A stretch of DNA of 60,179 nucleotides, the filler included, from Jimgerdemannia flammicorona (lineage: Eukaryota): the NCBI GenBank assembly GCA_003990765.1. It is 3 parts of 3 records of this genome, joined end to end, with 100 filler letters (N's around TTAATTAATTAA, not from the genome) between each part and the next. Parts side by side here need not be neighbours in the genome. Positions count along the whole stretch, not along the records: positions 40,189 to 60,179 come from RBNJ01001785.1; 2 more parts are not named here. One strand, written 5' to 3'. Positions 48,078-60,179 of the stretch are shown here, piece by piece (position 1 is the first letter of the stretch; each line of letters opens with the position of its first letter). A model generated the notes under the pieces. The model was not told where the DNA came from and searched no databases. It saw only the letters and a program-made list of their open reading frames with translations. A program made the position numbers and the translations under genes.

Positions 48078-48880
48078 TGTAACAGAATGAGCGAACAGAC
48101 GTGACGAACGACGAACGATCACATGACCCAGCAATGACATCATCATATGATCGAGCGTGGCATATGAACGAATGAACGAACGATGTGAAACGACATGGAA
48201 AAAACGATATCCAGCTTATCCCCAATAATCGGCGCCACAGCAACAGTTGCCACAGCTGCTGATCATTGCCTAGTAATTGAGGTCCTGATCACAAAGATAT
48301 TCTTTACCAAAAACCACCTGATAAAGATTGCGATCACAAACCTCATTATAGTTACCAAATTAGTCACTCATACTTAGTCAGACATCGCAGACCAACTTGT
48401 ATAAATACCCCCCAGTTTCCATCCGAAATAAAGCAGTTTTAGTTCAGTCCTTGATACAAGAATCAAGTCCCCCCTCTACACACACATTCCCCTGAGTCTT
48501 AGTAATGATATCTAAGTGACTATAGTGTTTCTGACTAAACTCCAGAAGCCTAGCTAACTTCTGCCAGAACTGAGACCGGTATATAAATCCCCAAAGACTT
48601 AAGTAAACCCATTGAACCTAAATTCCAAGGCGAATTCAGTCTGTGCACAGCAAAGAACAAGACCCTTGAAATAGGGCACAAGAGAAAGACCTTTGAAACA
48701 GAAGGCAAACCAGAGAAAGACCTTTGAAAGATAAGGCACTGTCGCTACAAACTACTTTAAGCGAGCGCTTCCTCAAACTGAAGGCTTCTTGGTACACATT
48801 GTGTACTAAGTCCCTAAGTAATAGTCCACTTCTCTAATTATCCAAAGGATAAGAGAGGGATAGAAGTAAGAGTTATTACA
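48078..48880 (+). repeat. 3' LTR of element 2
   Basis: TGTAA...TTACA, 803 bp; matches 40189-40529 and 57231-58042; TATAAATA ~48400, AATAAA 48427. Confidence 0.95.
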
Positions 48881-49920
48881 CAGGTGCAGCAGGGCCTATA
48901 TTGGCCCATACCTCATTCTGTGCACCATGCTCTCCCTATCACCAAGGGAAATCCAACCATATGCCAACGACCGAAAGTGCATGCCTGAGAACCCAACATA
49001 TGTACAAGGCCACACCCGAGCTGAATAGAATAGCCTCTGCCACCCCAAAGAGAATGACAGGCAAAGAAAAAACCCTCATCAAAGCACAACATGGTGGGTA
49101 GGGCCTGGTTCTCCCAGTCGAGGTGAGTAAAGGACTTACACATGTGGTGGGAGGAGACCCCCAATACCCCACTACTCAAGCCTGCGGGCCTCAATTACAT
49201 TGCTGTATCAGCTCTTAGTTCCAGTTAAGTGCAGCCAAGATGCCTGAAATGAGTAGCCTCGGGCCCCCTGACCCCCCCTGATGACCAGGACCTAACCCGC
49301 TAACCTGCCAAAAGAAGCCAAGAGTGATACCTACCACCTAACCACGCTGCACCAATCAAAAGGCCCCACCAAAGCAGCACCTGCCCCAGCCCCGATGACC
49401 ACCCCCAGCCTGGTACCCTACTGGTTCACTGTTATCGCCCTTCCTCCTATCTTTGATGGCCATCTCCCCTCCCATCCTGATAACACCTGAAAAGCAGTCA
49501 CCTATGCCAGAACTGTGCTTGCCAGGAAGCTTGCCAAAGCCAGAGGGCCCCACCACAGGCACCGAGGACCTGCAGGTAACCTACACTGAGCACTTGATGC
49601 CCAAGGTTGGCCGACTCCCTATATAGCCCAAGACACACCAAGACAACACCTTGTTGGTGATGGCAAAAGGAAGAAGGTGCCGCACCAAAACAGATGCACT
49701 CCAGATGCAGCCAAAGATACCAGAAACTGCGAAAAAGTGAAGAAGACACCGATCAGACACTGATAAAGGGGCAACTCATCACTATTGCCCTCCTCCCACT
49801 ATGCCCATGTAGGCACAGCAAACCAACCCAAGGTAGAGGGAGTAATAATAGGGGAAAGGGAACTCAGAAGGTTGCCTACCAAACCTTGTGACCAGTAAGG
49901 TAGTGGAGAAAGGGAGGGTG
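48881..49920 (-). repeat. Unclassified dispersed repeat, copy B (target of element 2 insertion)
   Basis: Homologous to 38909-39944; cut exactly at the LTR end. Confidence 0.8.
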
Positions 49921-51170
49921 AGAGATTTAAGCTACCAATCAAGGTCAATCCAATGACCAGTAATATCTAGAAATGAAATTATATTGGAGAATGTCCATAT
50001 GTCAATTGTAAACAAAATTTTGCCTGCCAAATTCTGCTTATTGAATGTAAGATTACATTGATAAGCTATTTATAAAATATATATATAATTCAGCTTGCAA
50101 AGGTCATGGTGCTGTCCTTATTTTACCTGAAGTATCTGGTAGAGATTGTCATGCTCCTTCCTATAGGCCTCCAGGACATCTTTGTGAATAGTATTGGCAC
50201 TTGGCAAATATAAATCTTGCTTGAGGAGGCCAAAGATACTATGCAATTGATCACTCTTGATGGTTGTGAATGGCTGGTCTGTGCACACAATCCAGCAAAT
50301 GAGCTGAATTCGAAATTCTGCTAAAGAGTATGGCTAAATATTTTGATTAAATGGGGTTGTTGGTACAGAAATGGTCAGGCAATCAAATAAACATACCCAC
50401 CACAGCTTGGATGTTAATTTTATTTATCTCTGTGTTCTTTTTGATTTTGTCAGAGTGCTTGTCTTTTATGTATTGATATATGTTCAAAGTCATACCACTA
50501 AGCATTTTGAACTTCTGGCTAGTGCAGTTTATGGGGGTGGGTGAAACAGTATCATGTGTATATCAAATAAAAAGTGTCAGTTATATCAATAGGTGTGTCT
50601 TAATTTTTTACCTATAATAATTAAAAACAACATCATCTCCTATCTTAGCATAAAGTTGCCAGATTTTGGAGTGAGGATTGTGTGTAAGGTGTGGAACTAT
50701 CAGAGATATTTGACTTGAAGTATTTGGTACTGTGAACTGTTGAAGACTGATATGTCAACATGTGTGTTTGCATGTTTGCATATGTATTTATATGTTTGTA
50801 TATGTATATTATGTATATGGATGTATCCAGTATATGTTTCATGTGGAGGATTCAGATTGAAGGATTCAAATTAGAGGATTCAAATTGGAGGATTCAAATT
50901 GGAGGATTCGAATTGGAGGATTTGGATTGAGTGATTTGGATTGAGTGATTCAGATTGAGTGATTCAGATTAAGTAATTCAGATTGAGTGGTTTGGATGGG
51001 GTAGTTCAGATGGGGTAATTCAGATGGATGATTTGGATGGAGTGATTCAGATGGGGTGATTCAGATTAATCTGAGTTGATTTGGATGGCTTCAGATTTGA
51101 GATTTGGATCAAACTATCATGTGATAAATTGAATCTGGATTTAATTCGAATTGACTCATTCAGAGTACTA
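49921..51170 (-). mobile_element. hAT DNA transposon 5' portion (intron-containing transposase remnant)
   Basis: WIVCTDQPFTTI...LPSANTI and GKILFTIDIWT...FLDITGHWIDLDW; GT-AG intron 50034-50126; probable terminus TAGTACTCTGAA at 51170 followed by subterminal repeats. Confidence 0.8.
50846..51110. repeat. 14-bp-period minisatellite (GATTCRRATTGRRK), probable hAT subterminal repeats
   Basis: About 16-18 degenerate units; gattcag/gatttgg variants are consistent with an ancestral GATTCGG. Confidence 0.85.
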
Positions 51171-53404
51171 CAAATACCAAAATACCAAACAGTACTCTCT
51201 GTGGTCACCAATTGACCAAATTGTCCATATACTCCCAGACCAGTACTAAGTTCCATCATCTTGCACTTACTCTAATTCAGCTTAGCCCCTGGCAGCCTCT
51301 CATACTGCCCAACCCCTTTCTGCAAGAGGTCCACATCCTCCATACTACCCAACCCTACCACCATGTCATCCATGAAAGCACCTAGCTTCCAGACCATTAC
51401 CCATCTATAGTCTAGAAAGCCACTCCTTCAGCTATACTAGCAATAGCTCCAGAGAGAGTTTATAAAGGAGGGGGGAGAGAGGGTCCCCCTGTGGCACACC
51501 TTGTCCAAGGCAAACTCCAGGCCACTCTATCCATTCATCATAACTGCTACTCAGTATCCCCATACTAAGCCCATCAATCACTCTGTCTCTGCTATACCAA
51601 ATTCTACCCTCCTCAGAACAGCCTCCAAATAACTCTACCATACTCTGTCATAGGTCTTCTCTTGATCCAGGAAGACCATCTGGCCATCCACCTGCCAGCT
51701 CCTACAGCCTTTCAAGACATTCTACACCCAAGCAGTACTATCTCTGATCTGCCTCCTCTTGATAAAGTCTTGCTGCTCTTCACCAACTAGTATACCAATA
51801 TACTGCTGCATTCTTCCTGCCAGAATCTTTTAGACCAGCTTTCTATTCACATTCAGCAGCATAATAGGCCACCAATTCCACTATACTTACCAATTGCCCT
51901 TTTCCTTATATAGAAGGGAAACTAATTCCAAGGAACTATTACTAATCCAGCTGCTCTCCTTCAGAACAAAGTTGGCCATCTCTACCAACCAGCCACCAAA
52001 CTCTGTCTGGAACTCCTTTTAGAATTCCCAGAGCAACCCATCCTCCCCAGGTGATGAACTAGTCTGCATCTTCCTCAATACCTCCAATACTTCATCTAAA
52101 GACACCTCACCCATTACTGCCTCTCCTATCTCAGGTAATGCTATTACTGGCCAATTGTTCACCATATTGTCATTATCCTCCCAAAGCACTGCATCCTCAG
52201 CATGCTTCCCTCCATCCTGCCAGAGAGCCTGTCATTGTCCCAAGACCTCTCCTAATATATCAGCAATCTCTAAGACCTCCACTCCATCTTCATACAATAC
52301 TGAGGCCCAGCTATGTCATATCCTTCTGGTCTTCAAAATGCCAGATAGATATTTAGTTGACCTCTCTCCTTCCTCCAACCACCTAGCCCACAATCTGGCT
52401 AGTAGGCCTCCTACTGCCCTGTCCTCAGCTACCCCTGCAACTCTGCCACCTCTACTGCTAACTGGTGGTGTACCTCTCCAGACAAGTTTCCCCCTTCTAT
52501 TAGCTTCAATTGCCCTCACAGCCCCTTCTCTACCCTCCTTTTCTTGTCCTTCTGCTCCTTCCCAGCCACCTCTCCAACATCACACCAGTAAGTATCTGTC
52601 AAATGTTTGAATTTACTCCACTATTCTGCCATCAACTACCCACCATTCTGCCATTATGCTACCTCCTGTCTCACAATGGCCACAAATTGTTCCTTCTCCT
52701 TCTTCCTCCTGAGTAAAGCGAAATTAAGCTCTACCACTGTCTGCTGCTTGGAATCTATCACATATCTCTACTCCACAATAATCTGACCAAGAGCACCAAT
52801 GTACCTCTGCAATGTCCAGCACATTACCCCAACACTCGGCTACTAGCACTCAATCAATTTATGTCTCAACCAATTCTTTACTGACAGGGTATCACTGAGT
52901 GTAAGGTTCTGACTTATCTCCCTGATGCTGATAGATACTATCCATCAGTCCCATGTCATGCTCCACCTGAAGCCATCAAGATAGTCTAGAGGATATCACA
53001 ACTCCTGCCCTACCATCTGATCTATCCAGTATTCAATCATGTACCATATTGAAGTTTCCCCTCAGAATGTTCAATACAACCACCTCCTGACCTTCCCAAG
53101 CCTGCCAGCTCTCAACCCATTGCTTTCACTCTCTGCCAACTACAGGGAGATAAACCAAGCCTACTGCCAAACCATCACCTGCCTCTCCTTTTAGTCTTCT
53201 CCACACCAATCTGTCACTATAGACCTCTACCTCCACTAGCTCACCTTTGCCTATGCCAACCAAGATGTCTACCTGCTTGTTCCAACCTACTTTACTATAC
53301 TATTCTTTACTCCATACCTCATAGTCTTGCTCCCCATAGGCCTGAACATCCTGAAGAAAAACAATATCATATCTTCTGACTTTAAGCTATCCAAATAGCT
53401 ACTG

Positions 53405-53406
<2 letters not shown>
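51171..53406 (-). mobile_element. Fragment of L1/Tx1-like LINE (LINE C) ORF2
   Basis: APE remnants, WLEEGERSTKYL, QGVPQGDPLSPLL, FMDD; interrupted by the hAT at left and LINE B at right. Confidence 0.85.
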
Positions 53407-53459
<53 letters not shown>

Positions 53460-56400
53460 GTCTCTTAGATTCCATTTTTATCAATCTTCCCCCTAGTATC
53501 TATGACAATTGAATCTTCACTAACTACTACTACTAAATTATATATAGAGAAGAACTCTTCAGCCAACTTCTTCCTTCTACCATACCCCTCAGTCATCTAG
53601 CACTAGGTTACTACAGCTCTTCTGTACAATGTCCTGCACCTTCCTCAAGACCCCCAGCTGCTGCCACTTTCCCTGATACCACCACCCTTGCACCACCTCC
53701 TGCAGGAGCCACCTCCACCTCTCTACTAACTAATCAATTCCTATTGATGGGTCCCATTTGAACACCCATTGCTAATGTATCACCATCAGGACCCAGACTC
53801 CAAGAATCTGGCCTAGCCCCCCCCAGACATCTCCAGTCACCCCCACCAATTACCACTTGATAATCAGACTGGTGGGTTCCCCTAGCTGCCTACCTTCAGA
53901 ACCCCAATATTCCTCCAATATCCTTCTAACCCTGAACATCTCATCAGAACATACTCTGGTAATTGAACCACACCCCCATTCACCTCACTGCACCATTCAC
54001 ACTCTCTACCATCTTCTACCTCCATCCATCTTGTCTGATATCCCAACATAACCATTCCTCCTCAAGAACTGCCACCACACTACCCAGTACTTAGGCAGTA
54101 CAACCTTGAGCAAGGAAGCCCCCCAGCTTCAGATCTGTTCCCAATCTCAGCCATCTCCAAATTCCACCCTCTACCACTCTATAGGCCACCTCTCAAGGGG
54201 GCCAGACCTGATCCATTTCATTGCCTTTGTCAGAGAGTACTCAGCCAACTGGTGGCCACCAATCTGTAGGCCCTCCAACTGCTACCAGCATTGCTCAAGA
54301 TCCACACCTTTGTCTATTCCTGGCCCTGTTAACCTCATACCCAGCCAGGCCTCTACAATACTCCACCAGAACCCCTTAAACTGTAGTTGACTGACCCTTT
54401 CAACCTGAAGCAGCCCTTGCATATCCTTCCAAGCCTCACCATGGAGGTAGAACCTGACCTCCCAATTATCCATAGTCAGTCTGCCCCATCCTTCCTCACC
54501 CAGTTCTACTAGCCAATGTCCCTACTAGCCCCAGAGCACCTTCAACCACCTCTGGAAGTCCACCAACCCCAAACCCCATCTACTGTCCTCAACACCACTA
54601 TCTCTCAACCAATTTGCCACCACCTACCTTGCTATAACCATCCTTCCACCACCTTCTTCAGCCACTGTACCACCTATCCAGGAAAATCCAGATAATATCT
54701 CAGATATCACAACTTTGGCAACCAGTATATATTTAAATCCACCACTCTCCCCATAAAAGAGAAGCACCTCCCTGACTACCCTGTCAGTGCTCTCTCCCAC
54801 TTCTGTATCATACTACACTACCATTCGCTTGGCAGAATCATCCTATATACTGAAAACCAGATGTCCAAATACTAAACAGTACTCCCCATAGCCACTGTAT
54901 ATCCAAATTGTCCAATCCCTCTCAAGCCCATACTAAGCTCCATTATCTCACACTTGTCTCAGTTCAATTTCACTCTAGCCAGCCTCTCATATTGTCAGAC
55001 CCCTTCCTGCAGATATTCCATATCTACTATACAGCCCAGTCCAACCACTATATCATCGGCAAAGGCCCCCAGCTTCCAGACCATTTCCCCCATTTGCAAT
55101 CTAGTAAGCCACCCCTTCAACCAAGTCAACAAGGGCTCCAAAGAGAGAATATATAGTAAGAGAGAGAGAGGGTCACCCTGTAGTACACCTCTCCCTAAGG
55201 CAAATTCTGGACCACTCCACCTATTCATCAGTACCACTGCTCTATAGCCTCACACCAGGCCCATCAATCTCCTTGCCTCTACTATACCAAATCCCATCTT
55301 CTGCAATACTGCCTTAAGATAATTCCACTGTACCCTGTTGTATGCCTTCTTCTGATCCAGGAAGACCATCTGTCCATTCACTTGCTGACTCCTGCACCCC
55401 TCTAAGACATTCTGTATCCAGGCAGTGCTGTCTTTAATCTGTCTTCCTTTGCAAAACCTCACTGGTCCTCACCCACCAGTCTACCAATCCTCTGCTGCAT
55501 CCTTCTGGCCAGAATCTTAGACACCAATTTTCTATCACATTCAGTAACATGATTGGCCACCAATTCTGCCATACCTGCCAATCTCCCCTTTTCTTATATA
55601 GCAGTGAGATCAGCCCTAAGGATCTGTTGCCAATCCAGCTACCCTCCTCCAAAACAAAGTTCATCATTTCTACAAGTCAGACTCTAAACTCAATCTGGAA
55701 CTCCTTCCAAAATTCCCAAGGCAGTCCATCCTCCCCTGGTGAAGAGTCTGCCTATACTTTTCACAGTACTTCCAATACCTCTTCAAGGGCCACTCTCCCT
55801 ATTACTGCCACACCCATCTCAGGTTGTGCTACCACTGACCAACTACCCACCAAATTGTCATTATTCTCCTATAGTACTTCTTCCACTGGCTCCCCTTCTT
55901 CCTACCAAAGGACCTGCCACTGGTCAGAGATCTCACTCAGCATTTCTACAGTATCTGTGACCTCAGTACCATCCTCTCACAATACTGAGGTCCAGCTGTA
56001 CCACACCTTTCTAGCCTTCAGGATATCTGAGAGATACTTTGTAGACCTCTCTTCTTTTTCCAGCCACCTAGCCTGCAGTCTTACCAGCAGGCCATCTACT
56101 ACTCTAGACTCAGCTGCCTTAAGATCTAGCTGCAACTCAGCCACCTCTGCTACCAATTGAGCACTCCTTTCTCCTGACAAGTTCTCCTCTTCCATTAGTC
56201 TCAACCTCCATCACAGCCCTCACTCCACTCTCCTCTCTTTATCTATCTGCTCTTTTCCAGCAACCTTCTCTACATCTCACCAATAAGCACCAGCCAGATA
56301 CTTAAATTAATCCCACTACTGTTCTATCTGCTGTTCTTCCACCTTCCACTATGTCACCTCCTACTTAGCAATCTCCACAAATTGGTCCCTCTCTGTCTTT

Positions 56401-57230
56401 CTCTGGAGGAGAGCTATATTGAGCTGCCATTGACCTTTGCCTATACCAACCACTTGAAATCTGCCACATGCCTCTACTCCCCAATGATCTGACCAAGAGC
56501 ACCACTATACCTTTACAGTATCCAGCACATTTCTCCAATTCTCAGCTGTTAGGATCCAATTAATCCTTATTTCCACCAGACTCTCACCCACCAAATACCA
56601 CTGAGTAAAGGGTCCAGGCTTTTCTCCTTGACACTGTTGGACTCCATCAACCAATCCTATATCTCTCTCTACCTAGAGCTACTGAGAAAGTCCAGCTGAA
56701 ACTGCCACTCCTACCTCACTATCTGACCTGTCCAGCTTCCTGTCATGAATCATATTAAAGTCCACCCCCAGAATATCCACCCCCAGAATGTCCAACCCCA
56801 CCTCCTCCTGACCCTCCCATGCCAACCAGTTCCTTACCCATTGCTTTTGCTCTCTACCAACTGCCAGCAGATAAATGGAGCCCACCACTAGTCTATTACC
56901 TATACCTCCTTTCAATCTGCCCTATATCAATTGATCACCATAAGTTTCTACTTCTATAAGTTCACCTCTACCAACAGTCACTAAGATGTCCACCTGCTCA
57001 TTTCAACCTGTGCTGCCATATCATTCTCTACTCCAATTCTCATAGTCTTGTTCACTATAGACTTGAACATCTTGAAGAAGCACTACATCATACCTTCTGA
57101 CTTTCAGCCAATGAAACAAATGCCACTGCTTAACTCCATCTCATAGACCATTGACATTTAGAGATATTATATATGTACTATTTATCATCATTGATAAAAA
57201 TGTTTAAAGCTCTGCTGAAATCTCCACCAC
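53407..57230 (-). mobile_element. L1/Tx1-like LINE (LINE B), poly(A) to ORF2 start, interrupted by element 3
   Basis: T50 tail 53407-53456, QGDPLSL/FADD, FLDQKKAYNRV, ORF2 start MINSTYIISLNVNGL ~57189. Confidence 0.9.
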
Positions 57231-60179
57231 TGTAATAGAGCGAACAGATGGGATGCGATGAGTGATCACGAACGATCACGTGACCCGGCGATGATGTCAT
57301 CATACAATCGAGTGTGGCATATGAATAACAAGTGACGAATGATACAAACGAATGACATGGAAAATGATATTTAGCTTATCCCTGACAACCGGCGCCACAG
57401 CAACAGTTGCCACAGTTGCTGATCATTTTCTAGTAATTGAGGTCCTGATCACAAAGATATTCTTTACCAAAAACCACCTGACAAAGGTCGCGATCACAAA
57501 CCTCATTATTGTTACCAAATTAGTCACTCATACTTAGTCAGAAATCGCGGACCAACTTGTATAAATACCCCCCAGTTTCCATCCGAAATGAAGCAGTTTT
57601 AGTTCAGTCCTTGATACAAGAATCAAGTCCCCCACATACACACACATTCCCCCTGAGTCTTAGTAATGACACCTAAGTGACTCTAGTGTTTCTGACTAAA
57701 CTCCAGAAGCCTAGCTAACTTCTGCCAGAACTGAGACCAGTATATAAATCCCCCAAGACTTAAGTAAACCCAATTGAACCTGAATTCCAAGGCGAATTCA
57801 GTCTGTGTACAACAAAGAACAAGACTCTTGAAATAGGGCACAAGAGAAAGATCTTTGAAACAGAAGGCAAACCAGAGAAAAACCTTTGAAAGATAAGGCA
57901 CTACCACTACAACTACTTATAAGTGAGTGCTTCCTCAAACTGAAGGGTTCTTGGTACACATTGTGTACTAAGTCCCTAAGTAATAGTCCACTTCCCTAAT
58001 TATCCAAAGGATAAGAGAGGGGTAGAAGTGAGAGATATTACAACTTGGTAGCAGCGGTTTACTGAGCCAAGAAGACACCAAAGAACACACTCCTGAAGTT
58101 GGAACAAGACCAACCTTGGACAGGAGTAACCCCCAGAATCCACTGTGGATCCTCAAACCAGAGCCAGAGAAGCCCTTGCCATTAGGACCAGGTGGTACCA
58201 GGAAATCACAGACACAGAGACCCGCCAGCTTGTAATTGATCAAGCTTACAGGGATCTATACTAGGCCTTTAGGACATACCACCTAGGACTTAGGAATATT
58301 GTTAGCTACCGTAGATTCTACGAACTCCTCCGAGGACACATTGGAACCACTAGGACCCCGGAATCTACTGCTGCAGCCACTCAGGATTTTTTAGATTATA
58401 TCACACCCCCTGCTGCAAGAGAAGCAGCTGCCAAGTGGATTGCCTCTGACAGATATCATCATACCCCTACCAAGACCTCCCTCTACTACAGGCTAGTTGT
58501 ATACTATGCCTCTGCTATAACTAGGTATGAGAACGAGCAAGCAGGCCACCCATCCCCTACTGCTGAACAAGGAGTAGGTCCATCTACTCAGCCAGAGACT
58601 GATATCCTCTTTGAAGGACCTAGCCAGTACGAGGATGCACTATCTCATCAGGGAAGGGAGTCAGACGAAGACTCTATAGGTTACTAGTCTGACGATAGCC
58701 AACGAGGAACAGCAGGCCTAGGAATTTACCAAGGAACCACAGGTCAAGAAGATCAGACCCCAGAACCAACCCAACCACCTATACAGAGGTTTAGTTTACC
58801 CTCTCTCACAGAACTCTTTGACTTAATATCTGGGAACCAAGTAACCCCAAGTCATACAGCACCACAACCCCACCAAGCAGAACAATCTTCAGAAGAATCT
58901 ACCCCAACAGGCCCACCACCAATAGTCAACACAATAGTAGATGCCAACATTGTAGCACTGACTACCCAGCTAGCAGCACTAGCAGGGATAGTAGGACAGA
59001 TTGTTGAACAGAACAAACCAACCAAGACCTTGCGAATTCCAACATTCAGTGGAAAAAACAGTGACATCGAAAACTTCATCAATGCAGTTGATACAGGCTA
59101 CTGAGCAAACCAATGGAATGACAACCGAGTGCCTACAGGAATGCTCACCAACAACCAGATCAATACCCTCCAACAACTGTTTGCCACATCAGCAGCACAA
59201 GTAGAGACAGTAGCTACATTCTTCACTGGAACAGCAGCCGAATTCTGGCGAACCTTGGAACAACACCCAGTAACCTGGGAAACCCACCCTCAAGTCAATG
59301 GACAAGTACCTACCAATAATAGACCAGGTTGGGATGACTATGAAACAGGCCCAGGACTCAAGGCCTTGCTACTGACCAAATTCTGAAATGTGACCTACAT
59401 ACAAGAAACTTGGAACAAACTATCCCAGATGAAGTTCCATAAGAATGGCAAAGAAGATCTAGAGACCTTTGCTATCAGAATGGATGCCTATCTCAAAACT
59501 GTTGGACTTACCTACCAGGAGAACAATTTGGCCATCAATGGTACCAGAGCCAACCATCTTTTTGCAGCCCTACCAGACTGGCTCACCCAGAAGATCAAGG
59601 AACAAGGTCTTCCCCAAGGATGCTCTCACTACTCATGGTGCTTTGCCGAAGTACAAAGAAGAGCCCATGAAATCCTTGCTACACAAGCTCCACGAAATCA
59701 AGAACACAAGAAGGATAACTAAGATAGGAGAAATCCTACCAGGAGAAATGATCAAAGGAATGACCAAAGATATGATCAAAGATATGATCAAAGGAACCAG
59801 CGAAATCCCAGAGGACCCAGACCTCCTACTGAGGATGAGAAGAAGCAGCTCCATGAAAAAGGATTGTGCTTCATCTGCAAGAAGGCAGGACACATCTCAG
59901 TCAAATGCCCCGAGAAGAGAAACAGATCAGGCGAACCCAGTAACCAGAACATTACTGTTATTGGAGAAGGCCCAGGAAAGAAGAACCCCGAGAATGTCAT
60001 CAAAGTACAGAGGATATGGTACAAGGCTACCATCCCCACTAAGGCCCACCCAACTGATGCTGGATATGATCTCTACAGCAGCCAAGACCTCACCATCCCA
60101 CCAAGCACTAATGCTACAGTGTGAACAGGGATTGCAATGCAAGCTCCCAAAGGAATATACATCTGCCTTGCTGAGCGAA
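57231..60179 (+). mobile_element. Ty3/Gypsy element 3 (same family as element 2), truncated at window end
   Basis: 5' LTR 57231-58042, PBS-Met 58046, gag, CCHC knuckle and start of dUTPase collinear with 40530-42665. Confidence 0.95.

Larger units (their letters stand above)
40189..48880 (+). mobile_element. Ty3/Gypsy chromovirus (element 2) with dUTPase and extra 3' ORF
   Basis: Partial 5' LTR 40189-40529, PBS-Met, gag-CCHC-dUTPase-PR-RT-RH-IN-chromodomain, ORF3, PPT GGAGGGAAGGA (48067-48077), 3' LTR 48078-48880. Confidence 0.95.

Noticed and set aside
38909..49920. Apparent ~1-kb inverted repeats flanking Gypsy element 2 (composite or TIR element)
   Set aside because: The copies lie on different contigs separated by an artificial linker, and copy B is simply interrupted by the LTR element
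50846..51110. CRISPR-like or telomeric array
   Set aside because: No unique spacers; a 14-bp degenerate tandem next to a probable hAT terminus

Overview
Eukaryotic, most likely fungal (Mucoromycota-like, inferred) DNA. It consists of three ~20-kb contigs (1-19995, 20096-40088, 40189-60179; 19995/19993/19991 bp) joined by artificial N-TTAATTAATTAA-N linkers, so adjacency across the gaps carries no meaning. Contig 1 is genic and CpG-rich. It holds an Msg5/Pmp1-like dual-specificity MAPK phosphatase, a SAM methyltransferase, RPS3 and a partial carnosine N-methyltransferase-like gene. RPS3 has 5 exons, including a 3-nt microexon, and an intronic C/D snoRNA antisense to 25S rRNA. Contigs 2 and 3 are nested, CpG-depleted, C-to-T hypermutated transposon clusters with three L1/Tx1-like LINEs, two hAT remnants and three Ty3/Gypsy elements from two lineages. 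The most novel signal: both Gypsy lineages (a PBS-Pro non-chromovirus and a PBS-Met chromovirus) carry the same accessory kit, namely a dUTPase, a GRCPH-x-CxxC motif and a homologous non-env extra ORF just before the PPT. In the chromovirus that ORF is intact and has its own TATA/E-box promoter, while gag-pol has decayed. The PBS-Pro element also has a precise 5.5-kb internal inversion.
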